A DNA stretch of 64,000 nucleotides. It comes from a virus. Its lineage: Duplodnaviria > Heunggongvirae > Uroviricota > Caudoviricetes. The notes beneath the pieces are model-generated. The model was not told the origin of the DNA, made no database searches, and saw only the letters and a program-made list of their open reading frames with translations. This document shows positions 49,076-58,722 of the stretch, piece by piece. Position 1 is the stretch's first letter; every line of letters begins with the position of its first letter. The stretch lies in IMG/VR virus record IMGVR_UViG_3300042154_004306. One strand, given 5' to 3'. The translations under genes were made by a program, and so were the position numbers.

Positions 49076-49452
49076 TAGATTCCCTGGTCTTTTTTAGTGT
49101 CCTCATTGAACTTCTTGATCGCAGCTGCGGTTTCTGGTCCAAAATAACCATCCACGCCCCAGTTAGGCAGAGAGTAGCCTAAAAAGGTTAAAGCAGCCTG
49201 AATGTTCTCTACCATTTTAGAATACTGGAATTCTCCCTGTTTTTGAACAACGATCGATTTGCCAGCTTTTGCAAAATCTTCTAATGTTTTGTAAAAGTCA
49301 GATAGAGTATCGTCAGTTATTCCTTGCTTAGCAGAAGTTTCCTTCTTTTTTGCCTCGCCCTCTTCACTCTTACCAGTCAACCAGTCTTTGAACGTGCCTT
49401 CATTCATTGACCTGAAGTCTCTGAACGGCTTAATCATTTTTAAACTTTCCAT
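49075..49452 (-). CDS. Tag-bearing peptidoglycan-binding protein
   Basis: IKPFRDFRSMNEG; IQAALTFLGY...VDGYFGPETAAAIKKF; late promoter at 49478-49485. Confidence 0.8.
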   Translation of the reverse strand: MESLKMIKPFRDFRSMNEGTFKDWLTGKSEEGEAKKKETSAKQGITDDTLSDFYKTLEDFAKAGKSIVVQKQGEFQYSKMVENIQAALTFLGYSLPNWGVDGYFGPETAAAIKKFNEDTKKDQGI

Positions 49453-49488
49453 ATTTCTTGTGTAATATATTGTAAATTTATTTATCCG

Positions 49489-50244
49489 ATGTCAGAATCA
49501 ATAAAGAGAGTCGTAATGAATGGTTTCCGATACTACCAAGTATCAGATTCAACTGGAATAGTCGGAACATTTCCAAGTGTAACCTCAGTCCTGGGTGAAA
49601 CTTCTGATAAGAGTGGGCTTGATGCTTGGCGAAACAGAGTTGGCCATCAAAAGGCTGATCAAATAGGTAAGGACGCGGCCAACCGTGGAACTGTCATGCA
49701 CAGATTGTGTGAAATTTATCTTAACTTACCTCAGTCAATGTCGGTCAAGGACAGGCTTGAGGATACCCTGTCATTGGCAAGGCTAGACGACGAGATTGAT
49801 CAATTTGACAATCGAGCAAAAATAGTCGGCGGCATGCTCTTCTATAACTTCATAAAGTCAAATTCATTCGATGAAATTAAACGAGTGATTGCTCAGGAGA
49901 AATTCCTATGGACCGCTAGAGATGGTGGATTTGCTGGTGCTGTGGATAATGTGTCAGAATTAATAACGAACGATGTTGCAATAGTTGATTTCAAGACCGC
50001 TCGTAAACCAAAGGACGAGAAATGGATTGAAGATTACAAGCACCAAGTGGCAGCATATTCGGTAGCCGTTTGGGATAGAATGCAGGTAAAGGCAGTTACG
50101 TGTAGAATCTGGATCTCAAATGAGGTCACCATCGCTCCTCAGCACTTCAGAATGGACTCAAGCGAGATGCGTGAGTACTACTTTAAATTTAGAGAAAGGC
50201 TCTCCAAGTTTTACGAAATGCATCCTCCTATTATAGTTCAATAG
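49489..50244 (+). CDS. PD-(D/E)XK exonuclease
   Basis: PSVTSVL, RGTVMH, AGAVD, IVDFKT, QVAAY. Confidence 0.88.
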   Translation: MSESIKRVVMNGFRYYQVSDSTGIVGTFPSVTSVLGETSDKSGLDAWRNRVGHQKADQIGKDAANRGTVMHRLCEIYLNLPQSMSVKDRLEDTLSLARLDDEIDQFDNRAKIVGGMLFYNFIKSNSFDEIKRVIAQEKFLWTARDGGFAGAVDNVSELITNDVAIVDFKTARKPKDEKWIEDYKHQVAAYSVAVWDRMQVKAVTCRIWISNEVTIAPQHFRMDSSEMREYYFKFRERLSKFYEMHPPIIVQ

Positions 50245-52210
50245 GGTCTCCAACCAACTTTCTCAATAGGTCAAGACGAACTGCAGTAGGTCTCTCTCCT
50301 CCACCGAAAGTATTCATGTAGATGAATGGTTGATTTGCAGTATTTCTGGTTGTGTAATCGCATTTGGCTAGGATTCCCCAGTTATTCATGTGATTCGCGA
50401 TGTAGTAATGATCTCCGCCTCGTGCACTAAGTTTATCATCTTCAGTAACCGGCTCAACTCGATAAGCAGTTAGGCCAAGCCCAGTGAATGGAGGTTGAAT
50501 TGATTTACCTGTTACCAAGTTGATTATCACAGAATTTCGTGGATTTGAAATTAATTCTTCAGGCGTCTCAATTGGTCTAACCGATCTACCTTGAGGGCCT
50601 ATTCTTTTAAATGCTGCGAATACTGGAATACCGGTGTATCCTCTAAGTTGATCTCTTTGAGATGGTGCTAATAATATGAACTTAACAAAATCGCCAGTTC
50701 TCGCTTTCTTTAATAGATCGATTGATTGTAATGAAGGTCTATTAATTGTCAACTGCTTTAAATCACGACCGTTTGTCGGTAACCCGCCGAAAGTGTCTTT
50801 TGATCCAGCCCTCTCAGTATTCTCTTGACGTTCTCTTTCAACTCGCTGTCTTTCAGCTTCTCTTTCAGCTTCTCTACGTCTTTCAAGGTCTTCTGGGTCC
50901 AATAGAGACTGGACGTATCTTTTTTCGAGCGAAGTTAAGTTAATTGCATCGAGGTCAGGGATACTTTCTAAATTAATTTTAATCCATGAGGTTTTATCAG
51001 AAGTAGTGCGAAAATCATTCGATTGACCTGGAGAGATTTCACCAGCATCAATTCTAATCGCATCTGCTATTTTAACCGCAACGTAACTACGACCGTCTTG
51101 TGCAACTACTCTACGAATCGGTAGATCTTGGTAACTTGAGTTGTACAAGTATTGTTTAACGACGATGAAGTCTCCGATATTCCACTCAGCGTCAGGATCT
51201 GCACCGAACTGGGTAAGTCTAGTAGCAAGGAGCTGACGTGTCTCAGCCTCTTGTCGTGCTTGAAGTTCACGGCGTTCAGTTTCTTCACGTTCAGCTCTTT
51301 CTCTTTCAAGGCGTTGAGATTCGGTTCGAGCAGCGATGATCTGTTCTTTTCTTTCAGGAGTTAATCTGGTCTGATTTAAAAGCTCATCTATATAACTTGG
51401 GTGAAGTTTAGTTAGGAACGTATCTGGCATTATTGCAAGAAGTTCATCGTCCATGTCAAAACGATCGCTCTTTGTGTTGTTTAATCCGATTGTGCTAGTT
51501 ATAAATATTTGAGCAACATCAACTTTTTCTCTGTCAGGTAAAGTTGTTTTATCGATGGCCATCCAGTTAGAAGGCCCGATTATTGCATGACAATCGTCCT
51601 CAGAAGGAGATCCATCAGGATTTGCTTTGTAATCTAGCATTGATCCCCAAGCTTTATCCTTTTCTCTTGTGCCTGACGTATTTGAGGATATGTAACCCGC
51701 GTATTTTAATAGAGTTCGATAAAGTTTATAACCAAGACCGGTTCCCCTAAGACCAGCTGGAATTCCGCCATTTGGAAAATGACTTCGTTGTGAATCAGAA
51801 GGACCTTCTGTTCTAAAATGAATTGCATTGCTATTATTTGGATAGATGTCTTTCCAATAGCCAAAATTACTAGTGAATCGATTTTCATCGATCCCCTTTA
51901 ATTCATTCATCAAGTCAACTATTTCTTGTGGAAACTTAGGATAATAACTTCTAGTGTTTGAAGGTTTTTCCATCGTTATTTGAGTCCTAGGAATATTCTT
52001 TAAAGCTTGTTCCAACTCTGCTGCAACTTGCGTGAATGATCTAGCAGGTGGGCGATTTGCCATTTGCTCTCTTCGTCTAATGGTTTCTTGACGAATTGTT
52101 CCCATTTGACTACCTGAAAGTCTTTCGGGTCTTTTAACTCCCATTTCGTCAACTAGGCCATCTTTGTTTAGATTGGATTCGTTGACCATGTCAATAAATG
52201 AATTTATCAT
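50231..52210 (-). CDS. Large tag-bearing protein with GNAT-like motif A
   Basis: MINSFIDMVNES; IPAGLRGTGLGYKLY; late promoter at 52232-52239. Confidence 0.55.
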   Translation of the reverse strand: MINSFIDMVNESNLNKDGLVDEMGVKRPERLSGSQMGTIRQETIRRREQMANRPPARSFTQVAAELEQALKNIPRTQITMEKPSNTRSYYPKFPQEIVDLMNELKGIDENRFTSNFGYWKDIYPNNSNAIHFRTEGPSDSQRSHFPNGGIPAGLRGTGLGYKLYRTLLKYAGYISSNTSGTREKDKAWGSMLDYKANPDGSPSEDDCHAIIGPSNWMAIDKTTLPDREKVDVAQIFITSTIGLNNTKSDRFDMDDELLAIMPDTFLTKLHPSYIDELLNQTRLTPERKEQIIAARTESQRLERERAEREETERRELQARQEAETRQLLATRLTQFGADPDAEWNIGDFIVVKQYLYNSSYQDLPIRRVVAQDGRSYVAVKIADAIRIDAGEISPGQSNDFRTTSDKTSWIKINLESIPDLDAINLTSLEKRYVQSLLDPEDLERRREAEREAERQRVERERQENTERAGSKDTFGGLPTNGRDLKQLTINRPSLQSIDLLKKARTGDFVKFILLAPSQRDQLRGYTGIPVFAAFKRIGPQGRSVRPIETPEELISNPRNSVIINLVTGKSIQPPFTGLGLTAYRVEPVTEDDKLSARGGDHYYIANHMNNWGILAKCDYTTRNTANQPFIYMNTFGGGERPTAVRLDLLRKLVGDPIEL

Positions 52211-52278
52211 GAATATAAAAATTACTTTGAGTTATTTATTTTCGGAACCGCTGATCATTCCATAGTAAAAGATGCAGT

Positions 52279-52998
52279 ATGCAAAAGATAACATTCAATA
52301 AGAAATCAATTTTAATCTCATTTTGGGATGAATCTAGTGAAAAGTGGATTGACCGAAGTATCACTGAGTCTGAATTACCTATTTCCTGGTATTTGCCGTA
52401 TGAAGTATTCATTGAACCAAAGGTCACGATTCGAGACGTTATCAAACTTCTTGAACCGTATACTGATCAGCTGAATTTCATATTCATTAACTACATGAGA
52501 GGCCTTCCGTTTGATGAGCTAGTAAAATTATTGAACTCGGCCAAGATTGAAAAATCTAAAGTGAAGGTTGACGCAGTGTGCCTGATCTGGGTTGGCGAAA
52601 TAAAACCAGTAGAAGGAGATGAAGACTCTGTGGATATTTACCCAACCTTAATGGCATTAGCGATTGATGAGCTTGACCCAGAAGGAGAGGATGATACGTT
52701 TCATTCAATATTAGATATTAATATTAAGCAATTACTTGAGTCAGAATTAGTAGTTGATGATCTATTGGAACTTTACCGAGAAGAAGAGCCTGCTGATACT
52801 GAGTTTAGCGGAATCTCTGGCTGGAGCCTCTTCGATTTCATGCGCGGTCTTCTTGGTGAATTGGTGATGTATGCATTCGCTAATCGAATGGTTCAGCTAT
52901 CCGAGCTCTCAAATCTTCCGCCGTTGACCGCTGATGAACTATTTAAGCACATGGAAAATTTGGATAAATTTTTTAAGAACGGCAAGTCGATCGACTAA
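52279..52998 (+). CDS. Hypothetical acidic protein
   Basis: ORF track. Confidence 0.6.
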   Translation: MQKITFNKKSILISFWDESSEKWIDRSITESELPISWYLPYEVFIEPKVTIRDVIKLLEPYTDQLNFIFINYMRGLPFDELVKLLNSAKIEKSKVKVDAVCLIWVGEIKPVEGDEDSVDIYPTLMALAIDELDPEGEDDTFHSILDINIKQLLESELVVDDLLELYREEEPADTEFSGISGWSLFDFMRGLLGELVMYAFANRMVQLSELSNLPPLTADELFKHMENLDKFFKNGKSID

Positions 52999-53050
52999 TT
53001 AAGTATAATATCTTTACGACTAATAACTATTAACCCTATGATTGCCGATT

Positions 53051-53079
53051 GGAGCTAACAACCGTGTTAGCTCCTTTTT
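53051..53079 (+). terminator. Intrinsic terminator
   Basis: GGAGCTAACA-ACCG-TGTTAGCTCC-TTTTT. Confidence 0.8.
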
Positions 53080-53093
53080 GGTATAATAATACT

Positions 53094-54113
53094 ATGAGAA
53101 CCCAAAAAATAAAAACTTTCTATAATGACCGTCAAGTTCTAGCACAGGACTCTTACTCTAACTACAGTAAGTCCCCGCTAAAACCCAAGCTATTATTGGA
53201 ATACTTTAGCCAAAAGGGTCTAATTAATCATTTTTCAGTGACTGATGACTTTGCACCCTATTCTAAACACGATTTTAAATTAGCTCACGAAACTGGCTAC
53301 ATTGACGAATTCTTTAAAGGAACTGGCCGCTGCCGCTCAAATGGGCTTTCCTGGTCAAAACAATTCGCTGAGTCTGTAAGATACACGAATGCATCATTGC
53401 ATGCAGCAATACGAAATTCAATAGTGAATCCAGCCGAGGTTAGCTTTAGCCCAACCAGTGGATTTCACCATGCACGCCCAAGCGGTGGAAGTGGATACTG
53501 CACCTTTAGTGGTCAAGTTATTGCTTCACTAAAGATTTACCAGGAGTTTGGACTAAGCGGCGCCTATCTTGATCTAGACGGCCATTTCGGCAATTCAATT
53601 GAGGACAGCCGAGCCTTTTGTAAGGATCTAAACTCAGCGATTCCTCACGACTTTAATATTAATCCAGCCGGCCATGATTCAGACTACTTGGCAGATTTAG
53701 CTAAATGGTTGGAGAGACTAAAGCATGCAATCATTACTGACAAAATTCAGTATGTGGTTTGGTGCCATGGGGCAGATTCTCACGCTGACGATAATCTAGG
53801 AAGCCAATGTGAAACTGATTACTGGACAGCATGTTCAACTCTTTTTTGGAGTTGGGTGAAAGAGATGGATGAAATATTAGGTCGACCTCTACCCGTTTCG
53901 TGCGCGTTATTCGGTGGATATCGAGATGATGATTATACGTCAGTATTAAGTTTACACACTGCCGATTTCGTTGAGTGCCTTACTAAGTTACTGGACGTGG
54001 ACGTTAAATATACTATAGAGGTAAAGCCTCGCCTAAAAATGGGATACTATAATGACAAACGCATTACCGGAAAGAGAAGATGGTCAAGAAAGAGAATGGA
54101 TCAAGAAATATAA
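53094..54113 (+). CDS. Histone-deacetylase-family (Zn-dependent) amidohydrolase
   Basis: GFHHA..GSGYC, YLDLDGHFGN, GADSHADD, GGY; TGGTATAAT at 53079-53087. Confidence 0.88.
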   Translation: MRTQKIKTFYNDRQVLAQDSYSNYSKSPLKPKLLLEYFSQKGLINHFSVTDDFAPYSKHDFKLAHETGYIDEFFKGTGRCRSNGLSWSKQFAESVRYTNASLHAAIRNSIVNPAEVSFSPTSGFHHARPSGGSGYCTFSGQVIASLKIYQEFGLSGAYLDLDGHFGNSIEDSRAFCKDLNSAIPHDFNINPAGHDSDYLADLAKWLERLKHAIITDKIQYVVWCHGADSHADDNLGSQCETDYWTACSTLFWSWVKEMDEILGRPLPVSCALFGGYRDDDYTSVLSLHTADFVECLTKLLDVDVKYTIEVKPRLKMGYYNDKRITGKRRWSRKRMDQEI

Positions 54114-54249
54114 CGATGTTTATAAAAAGGGAATCACCTCAGTCTACTGGAATGAAATCCTAACCATAATAAAATATCTAGAAAGTAAAGAGGAGTATGA
54201 AAAGTGCCAGGACCTCTGGGAATACTATCAATCAATTACAGGTCATTAA
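54052..54249 (+). CDS. Hypothetical protein
   Basis: YLESKEEYEKC motif. Confidence 0.55.
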   Translation: MTNALPEREDGQEREWIKKYNDVYKKGITSVYWNEILTIIKYLESKEEYEKCQDLWEYYQSITGH

Positions 54250-54263
54250 AAAAGTTACAAATT

Positions 54264-54704
54264 ATGAAAGCAATATTCTTAACAATCATATTATTCATTG
54301 GGTTCATGACTCTAGGTCAGAGCCAAACCAAAATAGCGGATCAGAAAGTCGATTCATTAGTTAAACCTTGGATAGGTAAGCCGTATCGATACGGTGGAAC
54401 TACTAAAGCTGGAATTGACTGCTCAGGGTTCACTCAAAGAATTTTAATGGATTTGGGAATACTTATCCCAAGAACAGCCAAGTCACAATACCGAGAATCA
54501 ACTAAGGTAGATTTTTGCGATTTACAAATAGGCGATCTACTCTTTTTTATGAGTAAACGAAGCCCGTCAGGTTGGCATGTTGCATTTTATCTTGGAAACG
54601 GGCAATTCGTGCATGCAGCAAACAGAAAGATGGGAGTAATAGTTCAAGAACTATCAGCCGACGTTAAGCACCAAATTTATTCAATCGGTCGATTTACCAA
54701 ATAA
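54264..54704 (+). CDS. NlpC/P60 peptidase with signal peptide
   Basis: GKPYRYGG...GIDCSG, PRTA, GDLLFF, HVA...HA. Confidence 0.92.
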   Translation: MKAIFLTIILFIGFMTLGQSQTKIADQKVDSLVKPWIGKPYRYGGTTKAGIDCSGFTQRILMDLGILIPRTAKSQYRESTKVDFCDLQIGDLLFFMSKRSPSGWHVAFYLGNGQFVHAANRKMGVIVQELSADVKHQIYSIGRFTK

Positions 54705-54706
54705 AA

Positions 54707-54729
54707 AAAACCGCCACTTGGGCGGTTTT
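54707..54729. terminator. Bidirectional terminator
   Basis: AAAACCGCC-ACTTG-GGCGGTTTT. Confidence 0.75.
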
Positions 54730-54749
54730 GTCTTTCACAAGAAATTCAG

Positions 54750-55064
54750 TTAAGAATTAAGTTGTTCTGCTTCAGGTTTAACATCCTCAGCTTTTTCAGC
54801 TTTAGGTTGTTTGCCGTTAATCACATTCTTAACTCCAAGTAGTGCAGCACCAATCGTTGTGAACATCACAGATTGATTGATGATGTCAATCGACTTATCT
54901 AGAAACATCTTATCGATGCATCCTAGAAAGAAGCAAAGACCACCGATGAAAATGATATAGGCTCCAGACGTTGAAGTCGCAGAGGTTTTACCATTATCAT
55001 TAGAGGTCATTTCACCAAAGGAGAATTTCTTAATGTCTCCGATTTTAGGAAGTGTCATAGCCAT
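54750..55064 (-). CDS. Two-TM membrane protein (holin-like)
   Basis: GKTSAT followed by two TM helices and a charged C-terminus. Confidence 0.5.
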   Translation of the reverse strand: MAMTLPKIGDIKKFSFGEMTSNDNGKTSATSTSGAYIIFIGGLCFFLGCIDKMFLDKSIDIINQSVMFTTIGAALLGVKNVINGKQPKAEKAEDVKPEAEQLNS

Positions 55065-55073
55065 CTATTTTTT

Positions 55074-55889
55074 TTATTTGACGTACTCTTCGAGTGATAT
55101 CTTAAGGCCGTCTATATTCTCAAGTTCTGACGATGATTCGTCATAGTAATTTTGATATCGTTCTTCTAAAAGAACTGAGGCCTTTCCGAAGCCCAATTGA
55201 TCTAATATTCGGATTGCAAGCCAGTCAGCTTCTCTTTCTTGCCGTTCATCGTATTTCGAAAGACGATTAGATTCATGATGATTGAGTAATGAATGCGAAA
55301 TTTCATGAGCCTCAATTGCAAGAATGTGATCTTGCGTTAGGTTTTGAGACTCAACCTGAACTCCATCTATGAATACTGTTTTTGAATTTAGGTCAGCGAA
55401 TGCTGTTCCCAACCAGTCAAATATCTTTGCAACATGTCCGTAAAGTTCATCCTCTGGCCAGAGAACCAAGATCTTCCAACTTGGATCAATCTCACTTCTC
55501 CAAACGGCACTAGGCTCTCCAGAAGTTTCATCTGAACTCTCAGTCAAATTGTACTTCTTCATTTTTGAAGCACGGCGACCGGTTAGGTCTCTCCAAAGTT
55601 CCCTAACGTCAGGTTGTGCCAGCGTATCCGCTTGTACCATTGAATAGAACTGGTTGTCTGAATTTTGCAACATTGCAAAAAATTCTTCAAGTGTCGGTTT
55701 CTTTGGCAAGGCTTCAATTCTAGGTTTAAGTCTTCTGAACATTGGAAATAGTTCAGTTTCGTACTTGTCTCCAGTGTGCGGATTCCTACCAAATTTACGA
55801 TTAATTCCCAAATCACCAACTTTCTTTAACGGTCTAGGCTGAGCCACGTTTTCAAGTAGCCAATCATTAAATTTAAGTAATGTCTTCAT
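55074..55889 (-). CDS. Tag-bearing HExxH metallopeptidase (ImmA/IrrE-like)
   Basis: MKTLLKFNDWLLE; AHEISH...EREAD; late promoter at 55895-55902. Confidence 0.7.
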   Translation of the reverse strand: MKTLLKFNDWLLENVAQPRPLKKVGDLGINRKFGRNPHTGDKYETELFPMFRRLKPRIEALPKKPTLEEFFAMLQNSDNQFYSMVQADTLAQPDVRELWRDLTGRRASKMKKYNLTESSDETSGEPSAVWRSEIDPSWKILVLWPEDELYGHVAKIFDWLGTAFADLNSKTVFIDGVQVESQNLTQDHILAIEAHEISHSLLNHHESNRLSKYDERQEREADWLAIRILDQLGFGKASVLLEERYQNYYDESSSELENIDGLKISLEEYVK

Positions 55890-55938
55890 TTAGTTTATTT
55901 ATTAGGCAATCAGATAAATAACAAAAAACACAAAGACA

Positions 55939-56352
55939 ATGATCCATACGTATCAACAATGGCTTGATGAATCTGAAAAGGTTGAAGCAGGAGCCGAAAC
56001 TCCAGCTACGGCAATGCCAGAAATGCCAACTGAAGAAACTCCAGCAATGGACGCAACTGGTGAAATGCCTATCGATTCAGCTGAGTCTGAAATAGAACAG
56101 TATCGTACGCTAGACACGGCTCGTAGAGAAGCAATTAAAGCTTTCAAAGCAAAACAAGAAGAATTCTTGGAAATCCCAGATGAAACTCGTAAGAATCCAA
56201 CTGAGGAAGCTGATAAAACTAAGATTGAAACTCTAAAAACCGAATTGATCGAGCTTAACCAGAAAATGAAGGATGAGATTAGAGCATGGGACTCTTTTAA
56301 TTCAATGGCATTGGGACTCAGTGATGACGCTGATTTAGACGATGAGCCTTAA
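55939..56352 (+). CDS. Tag-bearing acidic coiled-coil protein
   Basis: MIHTYQQWLDE; late promoter at 55914-55921. Confidence 0.65.
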   Translation: MIHTYQQWLDESEKVEAGAETPATAMPEMPTEETPAMDATGEMPIDSAESEIEQYRTLDTARREAIKAFKAKQEEFLEIPDETRKNPTEEADKTKIETLKTELIELNQKMKDEIRAWDSFNSMALGLSDDADLDDEP

Positions 56353-56358
56353 TATAAA

Positions 56359-57147
56359 ATGCAGTACTTACTAGAATATAACGACTGGGTCTCACAACGT
56401 GAACGAGAACTCAATGAAGATTGGGACCTTGGCGATTGGGCGCATTTAACAGCAGACGTGGTTAGCGCTGTTGCTGACTCAGTTGTTCCAGGCTCAGGGG
56501 CAATAATCGACCTTATTCATTCAATAAGTTATTGGATTCAGGCTGAGTTAACTCAGATCCCTATTGAAAAACTGTCCCTTGATTTACAAGGAATTGTTAC
56601 GTTAGGGTCGGTCGTTGCAATCTCAGCGTTTCAGGCAGCATCTGTCTCGTTTAAACTAGAGATTAAAGCCGTGCTTGATGCCTTTAAAAAGGGTGCTAAC
56701 CCATCCACAATTAACCTTGCCAAAAAGGCCGCCGCTGGTGCAATGAGCCATGGGCAAAAGATCTTAACCCTAATTACTGATGTTGCAAAGTGGGTAGGAA
56801 GCCAGCTTGCAAAACTCAAGGATTCTACGTTAGGCGTTTGGATAATTGAGCACTTCGGCTCTTTCAAAACCGGCGTTGATAAAGTTCTTAACTTTCTAAC
56901 AGTTAATGTGCCAGACTCAATCAGGAAGTTCTTGGCCCTATTGGCTAAATTAAATCCAACATCGATTGGTGCAAATGCTGCAGGTGGAGAGGTTGGCGAA
57001 CTTGCCGTAAAACAGGTTGCCAAGACTTACGCTGCAAATAAGGGCACAAATGCGGCAGTTAATGCGATTGCACAAACAACTCAGAATACGAATCAGAAAA
57101 TTGTTCAATTACAGCAGAAAAAAGCAACGCCTCCTAAGAATATCTAA
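56359..57147 (+). CDS. Tag-bearing protein with pre-toxin-like helical motif
   Basis: MQYLLEYNDW...LNE; HLTADVVSAVADSVVPGSGAIID. Confidence 0.55.
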   Translation: MQYLLEYNDWVSQRERELNEDWDLGDWAHLTADVVSAVADSVVPGSGAIIDLIHSISYWIQAELTQIPIEKLSLDLQGIVTLGSVVAISAFQAASVSFKLEIKAVLDAFKKGANPSTINLAKKAAAGAMSHGQKILTLITDVAKWVGSQLAKLKDSTLGVWIIEHFGSFKTGVDKVLNFLTVNVPDSIRKFLALLAKLNPTSIGANAAGGEVGELAVKQVAKTYAANKGTNAAVNAIAQTTQNTNQKIVQLQQKKATPPKNI

Positions 57148-57162
57148 TTCTTAATATAATTA

Positions 57163-57900
57163 ATGGACCAATTAAAATCTCTATATTCGTACCTAAAGAA
57201 ACAAAAAAACAAAAAAATCGTTTTTTTAACTACCTCAACCAGATGGGAAGGTGAGCCTGACTTACCAAAGTCATCTATGATAGCTGATGAATTGGCTGAT
57301 AGATTTGATAATTGTCAGGTCATTGACGTTGCCAAATTAAAAATCTTTTCATGTGAGGGAAACGTTTCATCTAAAAAAGGCAATCACTGTGGAGTTAAGG
57401 CTGCTAAGTTAGACAATGATAAGCATAATCCAACTGGCAATATCAGATGTTGGGCCTCAGTTAATAATAAGTCAGACGAAATGTATAAAGTTGCAAATGC
57501 AATTTTTGAATCTGATATAATTATATTTTTTGGGTCAGTTCGTTGGGGCAAATTGAATGCAGTACACACTCGACTAATTGAAAGATTGACTTGGCTAGAA
57601 AATCGACACACTAGCTTAGGTGAATCTAACCTATTAAAAGACAAGGAGGCCGGCGTAATTGCAGTAGGCCATAACTGGAATGGAAAGGGCGCAGTTGATC
57701 TAGAAAAGCAGGTTCTTAAATTCTTTGGATTTAAGACGCCTGACGTATTAACCTTTAACTGGCAGTGGACCTCTAATAAGATGGATGAGAGTTTAGCCGG
57801 TTATAAAAGAGACTTTCCGGATTTTCTAAAAAGCTTTAAATTTAGTGAAGCGCTATATGAATCGGTCATGAAGTTTAAAAACTGGATCAGATTACAGTAG
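57163..57900 (+). CDS. Flavodoxin-fold/NADPH-dependent FMN reductase-like protein
   Basis: FLTTSTR, CEGNVS, DEMY..IFESDIIIFFGSVRWG; C-terminal LYESVMKFKNW tag-like motif. Confidence 0.75.
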   Translation: MDQLKSLYSYLKKQKNKKIVFLTTSTRWEGEPDLPKSSMIADELADRFDNCQVIDVAKLKIFSCEGNVSSKKGNHCGVKAAKLDNDKHNPTGNIRCWASVNNKSDEMYKVANAIFESDIIIFFGSVRWGKLNAVHTRLIERLTWLENRHTSLGESNLLKDKEAGVIAVGHNWNGKGAVDLEKQVLKFFGFKTPDVLTFNWQWTSNKMDESLAGYKRDFPDFLKSFKFSEALYESVMKFKNWIRLQ

Positions 57901-57917
57901 ACTAACTCAATAACAGT

Positions 57918-57942
57918 AAAAGCCGGACGCCCGGCTTTTTTT
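57918..57942 (+). terminator. Intrinsic terminator
   Basis: AAAAGCCGG-ACGC-CCGGCTTTTTTT. Confidence 0.8.
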
Positions 57943-58084
57943 ATGTGATCTGAGACGACCTAATTTTCATGTTAGGTTACTATTGACCGATGAGTTAAGG
58001 TGTGGCTAGTGTGATCTCGTGTGTGGCCTAAACTGGTTAATTGCAGTGCCAATTTAGTATAATATAACTATACCCGCAAAGATC

Positions 58085-58657
58085 ATGAAAAAGTTAATCA
58101 TCATACTCTTTTTATCATTTGGAGAAATCGCCACGGCTCAGGATCTAAATGATCTCTATTTTTTAAAGTTGGTGAATGCTCACAGGGCAAAAAATGGATT
58201 GGCTCTTGTAAAATACGACCTGACTCTTGACTCAGCGTGTAAGTTACAGGCAGATTATCAATTAAGGGTTGATCGATGCACTCACACCCAAGACCCAACG
58301 AACGGTACTGATACCCTGTTTTGGTATATTGCAGGCAATCGACTTGACCGAGTTGATGCGAATTGGACCAGAAGATTTCACAGATATCCAATTGGTGAGA
58401 ACTGTGCAAAATGGAAGTATGCTGGCCCAGTGTTTCAACCTGAAATGAGAGTGGACACGACCATGGTCAAAAGGATATTCGAGATGTGGATACATTCACC
58501 GGGCCATAATGCGGTCCTCCTTATGCCAGGCGCAACGGTTGCAGCAATTGAACTTAGCTTTTTAAGAACTCAAAATTACAATACGATTCTTGATTTGGCC
58601 TCTTATGATTTTAGACTGTTTGCAACCTGCTTGCTAATGATTGAACTTAAAAAATAG
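58085..58657 (+). CDS. CAP/SCP-domain secreted protein
   Basis: LVNAHRAKNGL, GENC, WIHSPGHNAVLL; signal peptide; TAGTATAAT at 58055-58063. Confidence 0.85.
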   Translation: MKKLIIILFLSFGEIATAQDLNDLYFLKLVNAHRAKNGLALVKYDLTLDSACKLQADYQLRVDRCTHTQDPTNGTDTLFWYIAGNRLDRVDANWTRRFHRYPIGENCAKWKYAGPVFQPEMRVDTTMVKRIFEMWIHSPGHNAVLLMPGATVAAIELSFLRTQNYNTILDLASYDFRLFATCLLMIELKK

Positions 58658-58674
58658 TCTGGTCTCCAGGCATA

Positions 58675-58704
58675 AAAAAACCGGACTCATTGGGTCCGGT
58701 TTTT
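58675..58704. terminator. Bidirectional terminator
   Basis: AAAAACCGGACTCA-T-TGGGTCCGGTTTTT. Confidence 0.75.
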
Positions 58705-58722
58705 GGGTATTATCAAAATAGA

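Noticed and set aside
49489-50244. Cas4 / CRISPR adaptation gene
   Set aside because: Lacks the Fe-S cysteines and any CRISPR context; ordinary phage PD-(D/E)XK exonuclease.
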